NCBI GenBank assembly: GCA_964016885.1
Contig: CAXHJY010000898.1
Location: forward strand, 473,189-537,188
Source: Eledone cirrhosa
Taxonomy: Eukaryota
Reading direction: 5' to 3'
Length of the DNA: 64,000 bases
Positions 12,950 through 25,600 of this stretch are shown here, in pieces (within the stretch, counting starts at the first letter, position 1; the number at the start of each line of letters is the position of its first letter). A program made the position numbers and the translations under genes. The notes under the pieces are model-generated. The model did no database searches, was not told the DNA's origin, and saw nothing but the letters and a program-made list of their open reading frames with translations.

Positions 12950-15900
12950 GATAGCTTAGCTTAGCTTAGCTTAGGATAGCTTAGCTTAGCTTAGCTTAGG
13001 ATAGCTTAGCATAGCTTAGCTTAGGATAGCTTAGCTTAGCTTAGCTTAGGATAGCTTAGCTTAGCTTAGGATAGCTTAGCTTAGCTTGGCTTAGGATAGC
13101 TTAGCTTAGCTTGGCTTAGGATAGCTTAGCTTAGCTTAGCTTAGGATAGCTTAGCTTAGGATAGCTTAGGATAGCTTAGCTTAGCTTAGCTTAGGATAGC
13201 TTAGCTTAGTTTAGGATAGCTTAGCTTAGCTTAGCTTAGGATAGCTTAGGATAGCTTAGCTTAGGATAGCTTAGGATAGCTTAGCTTAGGATAGCTTAGG
13301 ATAGCTTAGCTTAGGATAGCTTAGGATAGCTTAGGTTAGGATAGCTTAGCTTAGGATAGCTTAGGATAGCTTAGCTTAGGATAGCTTAGGATAGCTTAGC
13401 TTAGGATAGCTTAGGATAGCTTAGCTTAGGATAGCTTAGCTTAGGATAGCTTAGGAAAGCTTAGCTTAGCTTAGCTTAGGATAGCTTAGCTTAGCTTAGC
13501 TTAGGATAGCTTAGGATAGCTTAGCTTAGGATAGCTTAGGATAGCTTAGCTTAGGATAGCTTAGCTTAGGATAGCTTAGCTTAGGATAGCTTAGGATAGC
13601 TTAGCTTAGGATAGCTTAGGATAGCTTAGCTTAGGTAGCTTAGCTTAGGATAGCTTAGGATAGCTTAGCTTAGCTTAGCTTAGGATAGCTTAGCTTAGCT
13701 TAGGATAGCTTAGCTTAGCTTAGCTTAGCTTAGGATAGCTTAGCTTAGCTTAGGATAGCTTAGGATAGCTTAGCTTAGGATAGCTTAGGATAGCTTAGCT
13801 TAGGATAGCTTAGGATAGCTTAGCTTAGGATAGCTTAGGATAGCTTAGCTTAGGATAGCTTAGCTTAGGATAGCTTAGCTTAGCTTAGCTTAGGATAGCT
13901 TAGCTTAGGATAGCTTAGGATATCTTAGGTTAGGATAGCTTAGCTTAGGATAGCTTAGGATAGATTAGCTTAGCTTAGCTTAGGATAGCTTAGCTTAGCT
14001 TAGCTTAGGATAGCTTAGCTTAGCTTAGGATAGCTTAGCTTAGCTTAGCTTAGGATAGCTTAGCTTAGCTTAGCTTAGGATAGCTTAGCTTAGCTTAGGA
14101 TAGCTTAGCTTAGCTTAGCTTAGGATAGCTTAGCTTAGCTTAGCTTAGGATAGCTTAGCTTAGGATAGCTTAGCTTAGGATAGCTTAGCTTAGGTTAGCT
14201 TAGCTTAGCTTAGCTTAGGATAGCTTAGGATAGCTTAGCTTAGGATAACTTAGCTTAGCTTAGCTTAGGATAGCTTAGCTTAGCTTAGCTTAGGATAGCT
14301 TAGCTTAGCTTAGCTTAGGATAGCTTAGCTTAGGATAGCTTAGGATTGCTTAGCTTAGCTTAGCTTAGGATAGCTTAGCTTAGCTTAGCTTAGGATAGCT
14401 TAGCTTAGCTTAGGATAGCTTAGCTTAGCTTAGCTTAGGATAGCTTAGCTTAGCTTAGCTTAGGATAGCTTAGCTTAGCTTAGCTTAGGATAGCTTAGGA
14501 TAGCTTAGGATAGCTTAGCTTAGCTTAGCTTAGGATAGCTTAGCTTAGCTTAGGATAGCTTAGCTTAGCTTAGCTTAGGATAGCTTAGCTTAGCTTAGGA
14601 TAGCTTAGCTTAGCTTAGCTTAGGATAGCTTAGCTTAGCTTAGCTTAGGATAGCTTAGCTTAGCTTAGCTTAGGATAGCTTAGCTTAGCTTAGCTTAGGA
14701 TAGCTTAGCTTAGCTTAGCTTAGGATAGATTAGCTTAGCTTAGGATAGCTTAGCTTAGCTTAGCTTAGGAAAGCTTAGCTTAGCTTAGGATAGCTTAGCT
14801 TAGCTTAGCTTAGGAGAGCTTAGCTTAGCTTAGCTTAGGATAGCTTAGCTTAGCTTAGGATAGCTTAGCTTAGCTTAGGTAGCTTAGCTTAGCTTAGCTT
14901 AGGATAGCTTAGCTTAGCTTAGCTTAGCTTAGGATAGCTTAGCTTAGCTTAGCTTAGGAGAGCTTAGCTTAGCTTAGCTTAGGATAGCTTAGGATAGCTT
15001 AGCTTAGGATAGCTTAGGATAGCTTACCTTAGGAGAGCTTAGCTTAGGATAGCTTAGCTTAGGATAGCTTAGGATAGCTTAGCTTAGGATAGCTTAGCTT
15101 AGGATAGCTTAGCTTAGGATAGCTTAGGATAGCTTAGCTTAGCTTAGCTTAGGATAGCTTAGCTTAGCTTAGCTTAGGATAGCTTAGCTTAGGTTAGCTT
15201 AGCTTAGCTTAGCTTAGCTTAGGATAGCTTAGCTTAGGATAGCTTAGGATAGCTTAGGATAGCTTAGCTTAGGATAGCTTAGCTTAGGATAGCTTAGGAT
15301 AGCTTAGCTTAGGATAGCTTAGGATAGCTTAGCTTAGGATAGCTTAGCTTAGGATAGCTTAGGATAGCTTAGCTTAGCTTAGCTTAGGATAGCTTAGCTT
15401 AGCTTAGCTTAGGATAGCTTAGCTTAGCTTAGGATTGCTTAGCTTAGCTTAGCTTAGCTTAGCTTAGGATAGCTTAGGATAGCTTAGCTTAGGATAGCTT
15501 AGCTTAGGATAGCTTAGGATAGCTTAGGATAGCTTAGCTTAGCTTAGCTTAGGATAGCTTAGCTTAGCTTAGCTTAGGATAGCTTAGCTTAGCTTAGCTT
15601 AGGATAGCTTAGCTTAGCTTAGGATAGCTTAGCTTAGCTTAGCTTAGGATAGCTTAGCTTAGCTTAGCTTAGGACAGCTTAGCTTAGCTTAGCTTAGGAT
15701 AGCTTAGCTTAGCTTAGGATAGCTTAGCTTAGCTTAGCTTAGGATAGCTTAGCTTAGGATAGCTTAGCTTAGGATAGCTTAGCTTGGGTTAGCTTAGCTT
15801 AGCTTAGCTTAGGATAGCTTAGGATAGCTTAGCTTAGGATAGCTTAGCTTAGCTTAGCTTAGGATAGCTTAGCTTAGCTTAGCTTAGGATAGCTTAGCTT

Positions 15901-17280
15901 AGCTTAGCTTAGGATAGCTTAGCTTAGCTTAGCTTAGGATAGCTTAGCTTAGGATAGCTTAGGATAGCTTAGCTTAGCTTAGCTTAGGATAGCTTAGCTT
16001 AGCTTAGCTTAGGATAGCTTAGCTTAGCTTAGGATAGCTTAGCTTAGCTTAGCTTAGGATAGCTTAGCTTAGCTTAGCTTAGGATAGCTTAGCTTAGCTT
16101 AGCTTAGGATAGCTTAGGATAGCTTAGGATAGCTTAGCTTAGCTTAGCTTAGGATAGCTTAGCTTAGCTTAGCTTAGGATAGCTTAGCTTAGCTTAGCTT
16201 AGGATAGCTTAGCTTAGCTTAGGATAGCTTAGCTTAGCTTAGGATAGCTTAGCTTAGCTTAGCTTAGGATAGCTTAGCTTAGCTTAGCTTAGGATAGCTT
16301 AGCTTAGCTTAGCTTAGGATAGCTTAGCTTAGCTTAGGATAGCTTAGCTTAGCTTAGCTTAGGATAGCTTAGCTTAGCTTAGCTTAGGATAGCTTAGCTT
16401 AGCTTAGCTTAGGATAGATTAGCTTAGCTTAGGATAGCTTAGCTTAGCTTAGCTTAGGAAAGCTTAGCTTAGCTTAGGATAGCTTAGCTTAGCTTAGCTT
16501 AGGATAGCTTAGGATAGCTTAGCTTAGGATAGCTTAGGATAGCTTAGCTTAGGATAGCTTAGGATAGCTTAGGTTAGGGTAGCTTAGCTTAGGATAGCTT
16601 AGGATAGCTTAGCTTAGGATAGCTTAGGATAGCTTAGCTTAGGATAGCTTAGCTTAGGATAGCTTAGCTTAGGATAGCTTAGGAAAGCTTAGCTTAGCTT
16701 AGCTTAGGATAGCTTAGCTTAGCTTAGCTTAGGATAGCTTAGCTTAGCTTAGCTTAGGATAGCTTAGGATAGCTTAGCTTAGGATAGCTTAGGATAGCTT
16801 AGCTTAGGATAGCTTAGCTTAGGATAGCTTAGCTTAGGATAGCTTAGGATAGCTTAGCTTAGGATAGCTTAGGATAGCTTAGCTTAGGATAGCTTAGCTT
16901 AGGATAGCTTAGGATAGCTTAGCTTAGCTTAGCTTAGGATAGCTTAGCTTAGCTTAGCTTAGGATAGCTTAGCTTAGCTTAGCTTAGCTTAGCTTAGCTT
17001 AGCTTAGGATAGCTTAGGATAGCTTAGCTTAGGATAGCTTAGGATAGCTTAGCTTAGGATAGCTTAGCTTAGGATAGCTTAGCTTAGCTTAGCTTAGGAT
17101 AGCTTAGCTTAGGATAGCTTAGGATAGCTTAGCTTAGGATAGCTTAGCTTAGGATAGCTTAGGATAGCTTAGCTTAGCTTAGCTTAGGATAGCTTAGCTT
17201 AGCTTAGCTTAGGATAGCTTAGCTTAGCTTAGGATAGCTTAGCTTAGCTTAGCTTAGGATAGCTTAGCTTAGCTTAGCTT
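12950..17280 (+). repeat. ~4-kb segment repeated at ~28700-33000, ~38400-42200 and ~59800-64000
   Basis: ATATC-TTAGG-TTAGG at 13920/29672/38832/60746, ATAAC at 14245/29997/39157/61066, and TTGGG-TTAGC at 15784/31511/40686/62605. Confidence 0.88.
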
Positions 17281-17619
17281 AGGATAGCTTAGCTTAGGAT
17301 AGCTTAGGATAGCTTAGCTTAGCTTAGCTTAGGATAGCTTAGCTTAGCTTAGCTTAGGATAGCTTAGCTTAGCTTAGGATAGCTTAGCTTAGCTTAGCTT
17401 AGGATAGCTTAGCCTAGCTTAGCTTAGGATAGCTTAGCTTAGCTTAGCTTAGGATAGCTTAGCTTAGGATAGCTTAGGATAGCTTAGCTTAGCTTAGCTT
17501 AGGATAGCTTAGCTTAGCTTAGGATAGCTTAGCTTAGCTTAGGATAGCTTAGCTTAGCTTAGCTTAGGATAGCTTAGCTTAGCTTAGCTTAGGATAGCTT
17601 AGCTTAGGTTAGCTTAGGA

Positions 17620-20600
17620 TAGCTTAGGATAGCTTAGGATAGCTTAGCTTAGCTTAGCTTAGCTTAGGATAGCTTAACTTAGCTTAGGATAGCTTAGCTT
17701 AGCTTAGCTTAGGATAGCTTAGCTTAGCTTAGCTTAGGATAGCTTAGCTTAGCTTAGCTTAGGATAGCTTAGCTTAGCTTAGCTTAGGATAGCTTAGCTT
17801 AGCTTAGGATAGCTTAGCTTAGCTTAGCTTAGAATAGCTTAGCTTAGGATAGCTTAGCTTAGGATAGCTTAGGATAGCTTAGCTTAGGATAGCTTAGGAT
17901 AGCTTAGCTTAGGATAGCTTAGCTTAGCTTAGCTTAGGATAGCTTAGCTTAGCTTAGGATAGCTTAGCTTAGCTTAGCTTAGGATAGCTTAGCTTAGGAT
18001 AGCTTAGGAAAGCTTAGCTTAGCTTAGCTTAGCTTAGCTTAGCTTAGCTTAGCTTAGGATAGCTTAGCTTAGCTTAGGATAGTTTAGCTTAGCTTAGCTT
18101 AGGATAGCTTAGCTTAGCTTAGCTTAGGATAGCTTAGCTTAGCTTAGCTTAGGATAGCTTAGCTTAGCTTAGGATAGCTTAGCTTAGCTTAGCTTAGGAT
18201 AGCTTAGCTTAGCTTAGGATAGCTTAGCTTAGCGTAGCTTAGGATAGCTTAGCTTAGCTTAGCTTAGGATAGCTTAGCTTAGGATAGCTTAGCTTAGCTT
18301 AGGATAGCTTAGCTTAGCTTAGCTTAGGATAGCTTAGCTTAGCTTAGCTTAGGATAGCTTAGCTTAGCTTAGCTTAGTATAGCTTAGCTTAGCTTAGCTT
18401 AGGATAGCTTAGCTTAGCTTAGCTTAGGATAGCTTAGCTTAGCTTAGCTTAGGATAGCTTAGCTTAGCTTAGCTTAGGATAGCTTAGCTTAGCTTAGCTT
18501 AGGATAGCTTAGCTTAGCTTGGCTTAGGATAGCTTAGCTTAGCTTGGCTTAGGATAGCTTAGCTTAGCTTAGCTTAGGATAGCTTAGCTTAGCTTAGCTT
18601 AGCTTAGCTTAGCTTAGGATAGCTTAGCTTAGCTTAGCTTAGCTTAGGATAGCTTAGCTTAGCTTAGCTTAGGATAGCTTAGCTTAGCTTAGCTTAGCTT
18701 AGCTTAGGATAGCTTAGCTTAGCTTAGCTTAGGATAGCTTAGCTTAGTTTAGGATAGCTTAGCTTAGCTTAGCTTAGGATAGCTTAGGATAGCTTAGCTT
18801 AGGATAGCTTAGGATAGCTTAGCTTAGGATAGCTTAGGATAGCTTAGGTTAGGATAGCTTAGCTTAGGATAGCTTAGGATAGCTTAGCTTAGGATAGCTT
18901 AGGATAGCTTAGCTTAGGATAGCTTAGGATAGCTTAGCTTAGAATAGCTTAGCTTAGGATAGCTTAGGAAAGCTTAGCTTAGCTTAGCTTAGGATAGCTT
19001 AGCTTAGCTTAGCTTAGGATAGCTTAGCTTAGCTTAGCTTAGGATAGCTTAGGATAGCTTAGCTTAGGATAGCTTAGGATAGCTTAGCTTTGGATAGCTT
19101 AGCTTAGGAGAGCTTAGCTTAGGATAGCTTAGGATAGCTTAGCTTAGGATAGCTTAGGATAGCTTAGCTTAGGATAGCTTAGCTTAGGATAGCTTAGGAT
19201 AGCTTAGCTTAGCTTAGCTTAGGATAGCTTAGCTTAGCTTAGCTTAGCTTAGGATAGCTTAGCTTAGCTTAGCTTAGCTTAGGATAGCTTAGCTTAGCTT
19301 AGGATAGCTTAGGATAGCTTAGCTTAGGATAGCTTAGGATAGCTTAGCTTAGGATAGCTTAGGATAGCTTAGCTTAGGATAGCTTAGGATAGCTTAGCTT
19401 AGGATAGCTTAGCTTAGGATAGCTTAGCTTAGCTTAGCTTAGGATAGCTTAGCTTAGGATAGCTTAGGATAGCTTAGCTTAGGATAGCTTAGCTTAGGAT
19501 AGCTTAGGATAGCTTAGCTTAGCTTAGCTTAGGATAGCTTAGCTTAGCTTAGCTTAGGATAGCTTAGCTTAGCTTAGGATAGCTTAGCTTAGCTTAGCTT
19601 AGGATAGCTTAGCTTAGCTTAGCTTAGGATAGCTTAGCTTAGCTTAGGATAGCTCAGCTTAGCTTAGCTTAGGAAAGCTTAGCTTAGCTTAGCTTAGGAT
19701 AGCTTAGCTTAGGATAGCTTAGCTTAGGATAGCTTAGCTTAGGTTAGCTTAGCTTAGCTTAGCTTAGGATAGCTTAGGATAGCTTAGCTTAGGATAGCTT
19801 AGCTTAGCTTAGCTTAGGATAGCTTAGCTTAGCTTAGCTTAGGATAGCTTAGCTTAGCTTAGCTTAGGATAGCTTAGCTTAGGATAGCTTAGGATAGCTT
19901 AGCTTAGCTTAGCTTAGGATAGTTTAGCTTAGCTTAGCTTAGGATAGCTTAGCTTAGCTTAGCTTAGGATAGCTTAGCTTAGCTTAGCTTAGGATAGCTT
20001 AGCTTAGGTTAGCTTAGGATAGCTTAGGATAGCTTAGCTTAGGATAGCTTAGGATAGCTTAGCTTAGGATAGCTTAGCTTAGGATAGCTTAGCTTAGGAT
20101 AGCTTAGGATAGCTTAGGATAGCTTAGCTTAGCTTAGCTTAGCTTAGGATAGCTTAACTTAGCTTAGGATAGCTTAGCTTAGCTTAGCTTAGGATAGCTT
20201 AGCTTAGCTTAGCTTAGGATAGCTTAGCTTAGCTTAGCTTAGGATAGCTTAGCTTAGCTTAGCTTAGGATAGCTTAGCTTAGCTTAGCTTAGGATAGCTT
20301 AGCTTAGCTTAGCTTAGAATAGCTTAGCTTAGGATAGCTTAGCTTAGGATAGCTTAGGATAGCTTAGCTTAGGATAGCTTAGGATAGCTTAGCTTAGGAT
20401 AGCTTAGCTTAGATTAGCTTAGGATAGCTTAGCTTAGCTTAGGATAGCTTAGCTTAGCTTAGCTTAGGATAGCTTAGCTTAGGATAGCTTAGGAAAGCTT
20501 AGCTTAGCTTAGCTTAGCTTAGCTTAGCTTAGCTTAGCTTAGGATAGCTTAGCTTAGCTTAGGATAGTTTAGCTTAGCTTAGCTTAGGATAGCTTAGCTT

Positions 20601-22610
20601 AGCTTAGCTTAGGATAGCTTAGCTTAGCTTAGCTTAGGATAGCTTAGCTTAGCTTAGGATAGCTTAGCTTAGCTTAGCTTAGGATAGCTTAGCTTAGCTT
20701 AGGATAGCTTAGCTTAGCTTAGCTTAGGATAGCTTAGCTTAGCTTAGCTTAGGATAGCTTAGCTTAGGATAGCTTAGCTTAGCTTAGGATAGCTTAGCTT
20801 AGCTTAGCTTAGGATAGCTTAGCTTAGCTTAGCTTAGGATAGCTTAGCTTAGCTTAGCTTAGTATAGCTTAGCTTAGCTTAGCTTAGGATAGCTTAGCTT
20901 AGCTTAGCTTAGGATAGCTTAGCTTAGCTTAGCTTAGGATAGCTTAGCTTAGCTTAGCTTAGGATAGCTTAGCTTAGCTTAGCTTAGGATAGCTTAGCTT
21001 AGCTTGGCTTAGGATAGCTTAGCTTAGCTTGGCTTAGGATAGCTTAGCTTAGCTTAGCTTAGGATAGCTTAGCTTAGCTTAGCTTAGCTTAGCTTAGCTT
21101 AGGATAGCTTAGCTTAGCTTAGCTTAGCTTAGGATAGCTTAGCTTAGCTTAGCTTAGCTTAGGATAGCTTAGCTTAGCTTAGCTTAGCTTAGCTTAGGAT
21201 AGCTTAGCTTAGCTTAGCTTAGGATAGCTTAGCTTAGTTTAGGATAGCTTAGCTTAGCTTAGCTTAGGATAGCTTAGGATAGCTTAGCTTAGGATAGCTT
21301 AGGATAGCTTAGCTTAGGATAGCTTAGGATAGCTTAGGTTAGGATAGCTTAGCTTAGGATAGCTTAGGATAGCTTAGCTTAGGATAGCTTAGGATAGCTT
21401 AGCTTAGGATAGCTTAGGATAGCTTAGCTTAGAATAGCTTAGCTTAGGATAGCTTAGGAAAGCTTAGCTTAGCTTAGCTTAGGATAGCTTAGCTTAGCTT
21501 AGCTTAGGATAGCTTAGCTTAGCTTAGCTTAGGATAGCTTAGGATAGCTTAGCTTAGGATAGCTTAGGATAGCTTAGCTTTGGATAGCTTAGCTTAGGAG
21601 AGCTTAGCTTAGGATAGCTTAGGATAGCTTAGCTTAGGATAGCTTAGGATAGCTTAGCTTAGGATAGCTTAGCTTAGGATAGCTTAGGATAGCTTAGCTT
21701 AGCTTAGCTTAGGATAGCTTAGCTTAGCTTAGCTTAGCTTAGGATAGCTTAGCTTAGCTTAGCTTAGCTTAGGATAGCTTAGCTTAGCTTAGCTTAGGAT
21801 AGCTTAGGATAGCTTAGCTTAGGATAGCTTAGGATAGCTTAGCTTAGGATAGCTTAGGATAGCTTAGCTTAGGATAGCTTAGGATAGCTTAGCTTAGGAT
21901 AGCTTAGCTTAGGATAGCTTAGCTTAGCTTAGCTTAGGATAGCTTAGCTTAGGATAGCTTAGGATAGCTTAGCTTAGGATAGCTTAGCTTAGGATAGCTT
22001 AGGATAGCTTAGCTTAGCTTAGCTTAGGATAGCTTAGCTTAGCTTAGCTTAGGATAGCTTAGCTTAGCTTAGGATAGCTTAGCTTAGCTTAGCTTAGGAT
22101 AGCTTAGCTTAGCTTAGCTTAGGATAGCTTAGCTTAGCTTAGCTTAGGATAGCTTAGCTTAGCTTAGGATAGCTCAGCTTAGCTTAGCTTAGGAAAGCTT
22201 AGCTTAGCTTAGCTTAGGATAGCTTAGCTTAGGATAGCTTAGCTTAGGATAGCTTAGCTTAGGTTAGCTTAGCTTAGCTTAGCTTAGGATAGCTTAGGAT
22301 AGCTTAGCTTAGGATAGCTTAGCTTAGCTTAGCTTAGGATAGCTTAGCTTAGCTTAGCTTAGGATAGCTTAGCTTAGCTTAGCTTAGGATAGCTTAGCTT
22401 AGGATAGCTTATGATAGCTTAGCTTAGCTTAGCTTAGGATAGTTTAGCTTAGCTTAGCTTAGGATAGCTTAGCTTAGCTTAGCTTAGGATAGCTTAGCTT
22501 AGCTTAGCTTAGGATAGCTTAGCTTAGGTTAGCTTAGGATAGCTTAGGATAGCTTAGCTTAGGATAGCTTAGGATAGCTTAGCTTAGGATAGCTTAGCTT
22601 AGGATAGCTT
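17620..22610 (+). repeat. Tandem duplication with ~2.5-kb unit (copy A)
   Basis: TTAAC 17674/20154, AAAGC 18009/20494, TTAGT-ATAGC 18374/20859, TTGGC 18519/21004, TTTGG 19089/21579 and TCAGC 19654/22174; offsets 2480-2520. Confidence 0.9.
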
Positions 22611-25600
22611 AGCTTAGGTTAGCTTAGCTTAGCTTAGCTTAGGATAGCTTAGGATAGCTTAGCTTAGGATAGCTTAGCTTAGCTTAGCTTAGGATAGCTT
22701 AGCTTAGGATAGCTTAGGATAGCTTAGCTTAGGATAGCTTAGCTTAGGATAGCTTAGCTTAGGATAGCTTAGGATAGCTTAGCTTAGCTTAGCTTAGGAT
22801 AGCTTAGCTTAGCTTAGCTTAGGATAGCTTAGCTTAGGTTAGCTTAGCTTAGCTTAGCTTAGGATAGCTTAGCTTAGGATAGCTTAGGATAGCTTAGCTT
22901 AGGATAGCTTAGCTTAGGATAGCTTAGGATAGCTTAGCTTAGGATAGCTTAGAATAGCTTAGCTTAGGATAGCTTAGCTTAGGATAGCTTAGGATAGCTT
23001 AGCTTAGCTTAGCTTAGGATAGCTTAGCTTAGCTTAGCTTAGGATAGCTTAGCTTAGCTTAGCTTAGGATAGCTTAGCTTAGCTTAGCTTAGGATAGCTT
23101 AGGATAGCTTAGCTTAGGATAGCTTAGGATAGCTTAGGATAGCTTAGCTTAGCTTAGCTTAGGATAGCTTAGCTTAGCTTAGCTTAGGATAGCTTAGCTT
23201 AGCTTAGCTTAGGATAGCTTAGCTTAGCTTAGGATAGCTTAGCTTAGCTTAGCTTAGGATAGCTTAGCTTAGCTTAGCTTAGGATAGCTTAGCTTAGCTT
23301 AGGATAGCTTAGCTTAGGATAGCTTAGCTTAGCTTAGCTTAGGATAGCTTAGCTTAGCTTAGCTTAGGATAGCTTAGCTTAGCTTAGCTTAGGATAGCTT
23401 AGCTTAGCTTAGCTTAGGATAGCTTAGCTTAGCTTAGCTTAGGATAGCTTAGCTTAGCTTAGCTTAGGATAGCTTAGCTTAGCTTAGCTTAGGATAGATT
23501 AGCTTAGCTTAGGATAGCTTAGCTTAGCTTAGCTTAGGAAAGCTTAGCTTAGCTTAGGATAGCTTAGCTTAGCTTAGCTTAGGAGAGCTTAGCTTAGCTT
23601 AGGATAGCTTAGCTTAGCTTAGCTTAGGATAGCTTAGCTTAGCTTAGCTTAGGTAGCTTAGCTTAGCTTAGCTTAGGATAGCTTAGCTTAGCTTAGCTTA
23701 GGATAGCTTAGGATAGCTTAGCTTAGGATAGCTTAGGATAGCTTACCTTAGGAGAGCTTAGCTTAGGATAGCTTAGCTTAGGATAGCTTAGGATAGCTTA
23801 GCTTAGGATAGCTTAGCTTAGGATAGCTTAGCTTAGGATAGCTTAGGATAGCTTAGCTTAGCTTAGCTTAGGATAGCTTAGCTTAGCTTAGCTTAGGATA
23901 GCTTAGCTTAGGTTAGCTTAGCTTAGCTTAGCTTAGGATAGCTTAGGATAGCTTAGCTTAGGATAGCTTAGGATAGCTTAGCTTAGGATAGCTTAGGATA
24001 GCTTAGCTTAGGATAGCTTAGCTTAGGATAGCTTAGGATTGCTTAGCTTAGGATAGCTTAGGATAGCTTAGCTTAGGATAGCTTAGCTTAGGATCGCTTA
24101 GGATAGCTTAGCTTAGCTTAGCTTAGGATAGCTTAGCTTAGCTTAGCTTAGGATAGCTTAGCTTAGCTTAGCTTAGGATAGCTTAGCTTAGCTTAGCTTA
24201 GGATAGCTTAGGATAGCTTAGCTTAGGATAGCTTAGGATAGCTTAGCTTAGGATAGCTTAGGATAGCTTAGCTTAGGATAGCTTAGCTTAGGATAGCTTA
24301 GCTTAGGATAGCTTAGGATAGCTTAGCTTAGGATAGCTTAGGATAGCTTAGCTTAGGATAGCTTAGCTTAGGATAGCTTAGCTTAGGATAGCTTAGGATA
24401 GCTTAGCTTAGCTTAGCTTAGGATAGCTTAGCTTAGCTTAGCTTAGGATAGCTTAGCTTAGCTTAGCTTAGGATAGCTTAGCTTAGCTTAGCCTAGGATA
24501 GCTTAGGATAGCTTAGCTTAGGATAGCTTAGGATAGCTTAGCTTAGGTTAGCTTAGGATAGCTTAGCTTAGGATAGATTAGCTTAGGATAGCTTAGCTTA
24601 GGATAGCTTAGGATAGCTTAGCTTAGGATAGCTTAGGATAGCTTAGCTTAGAATAGCTTAGCTTAGGATAGCTTAGGAAAGCTTAGCTTAGCTTAGCTTA
24701 GGATAGCTTAGCTTAGCTTAGCTTAGGATAGCTTAGCTTAGCTTAGCTTAGGATAGCTTAGGATAGCTTAGCTTAGGATAGCTTAGGATAGCTTAGCTTT
24801 GGATAGCTTAGCTTAGGAGAGCTTAGCTTAGGATAGCTTAGGATAGCTTAGCTTAGGATAGCTTAGGATAGCTTAGCTTAGGATAGCTTAGCTTAGGATA
24901 GCTTAGGATAGCTTAGCTTAGCTTAGCTTAGGATAGCTTAGCTTAGCTTAGCTTAGGATAGCTTAGCTTAGCTTAGCTTAGCTTAGGATAGCTTAGCTTA
25001 GCTTAGCTTAGGATAGCTTAGGATAGCTTAGCTTAGGATAGCTTAGGATAGCTTAGCTTAGGATAGCTTAGGATAGCTTAGCTTAGGATAGCTTAGGATA
25101 GCTTAGCTTAGGATAGCTTAGCTTAGGATAGCTTAGCTTAGCTTAGCTTAGGATAGCTTAGCTTAGGATAGCTTAGGATAGCTTAGCTTAGGATAGCTTA
25201 GCTTAGGATAGCTTAGGATAGCTTAGCTTAGCTTAGGATAGCTTAGCTTAGCTTAGCTTAGGATAGCTTAGCTTAGCTTAGGATAGCTTAGCTTAGCTTA
25301 GCTTAGGATAGCTTAGCTTAGCTTAGCTTAGGATAGCTTAGCTTAGCTTAGCTTAGGATAGCTTAGCTTAGCTTAGGATAGCTCAGCTTAGCTTAGCTTA
25401 GGATAGCTTAGCTTAGGTTAGCTTAGGATAGCTTAGGATGGCTTAGGATAGCTTAGCTTAGCTTAGCTTAGGATAGCTTAGCTTAGCTTAGCTTAGGATA
25501 GCTTAGCTTAGCTTAGCTTAGGATAGCTTAGCTTAGCTTAGGATAGCTTAGCTTAGCTTAGCTTAGGATAGCTTAGCTTAGCTTAGGATAGCTTAGCTTA

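Noticed and set aside
16569-16583. TTAGGG vertebrate-type telomere hexamer (also ~41471) and G-quadruplex potential
   Set aside because: It is a single A>G variant inherited by duplication. G-tracts are almost all GG and 10-25 bp apart, so stable G4 is unlikely.
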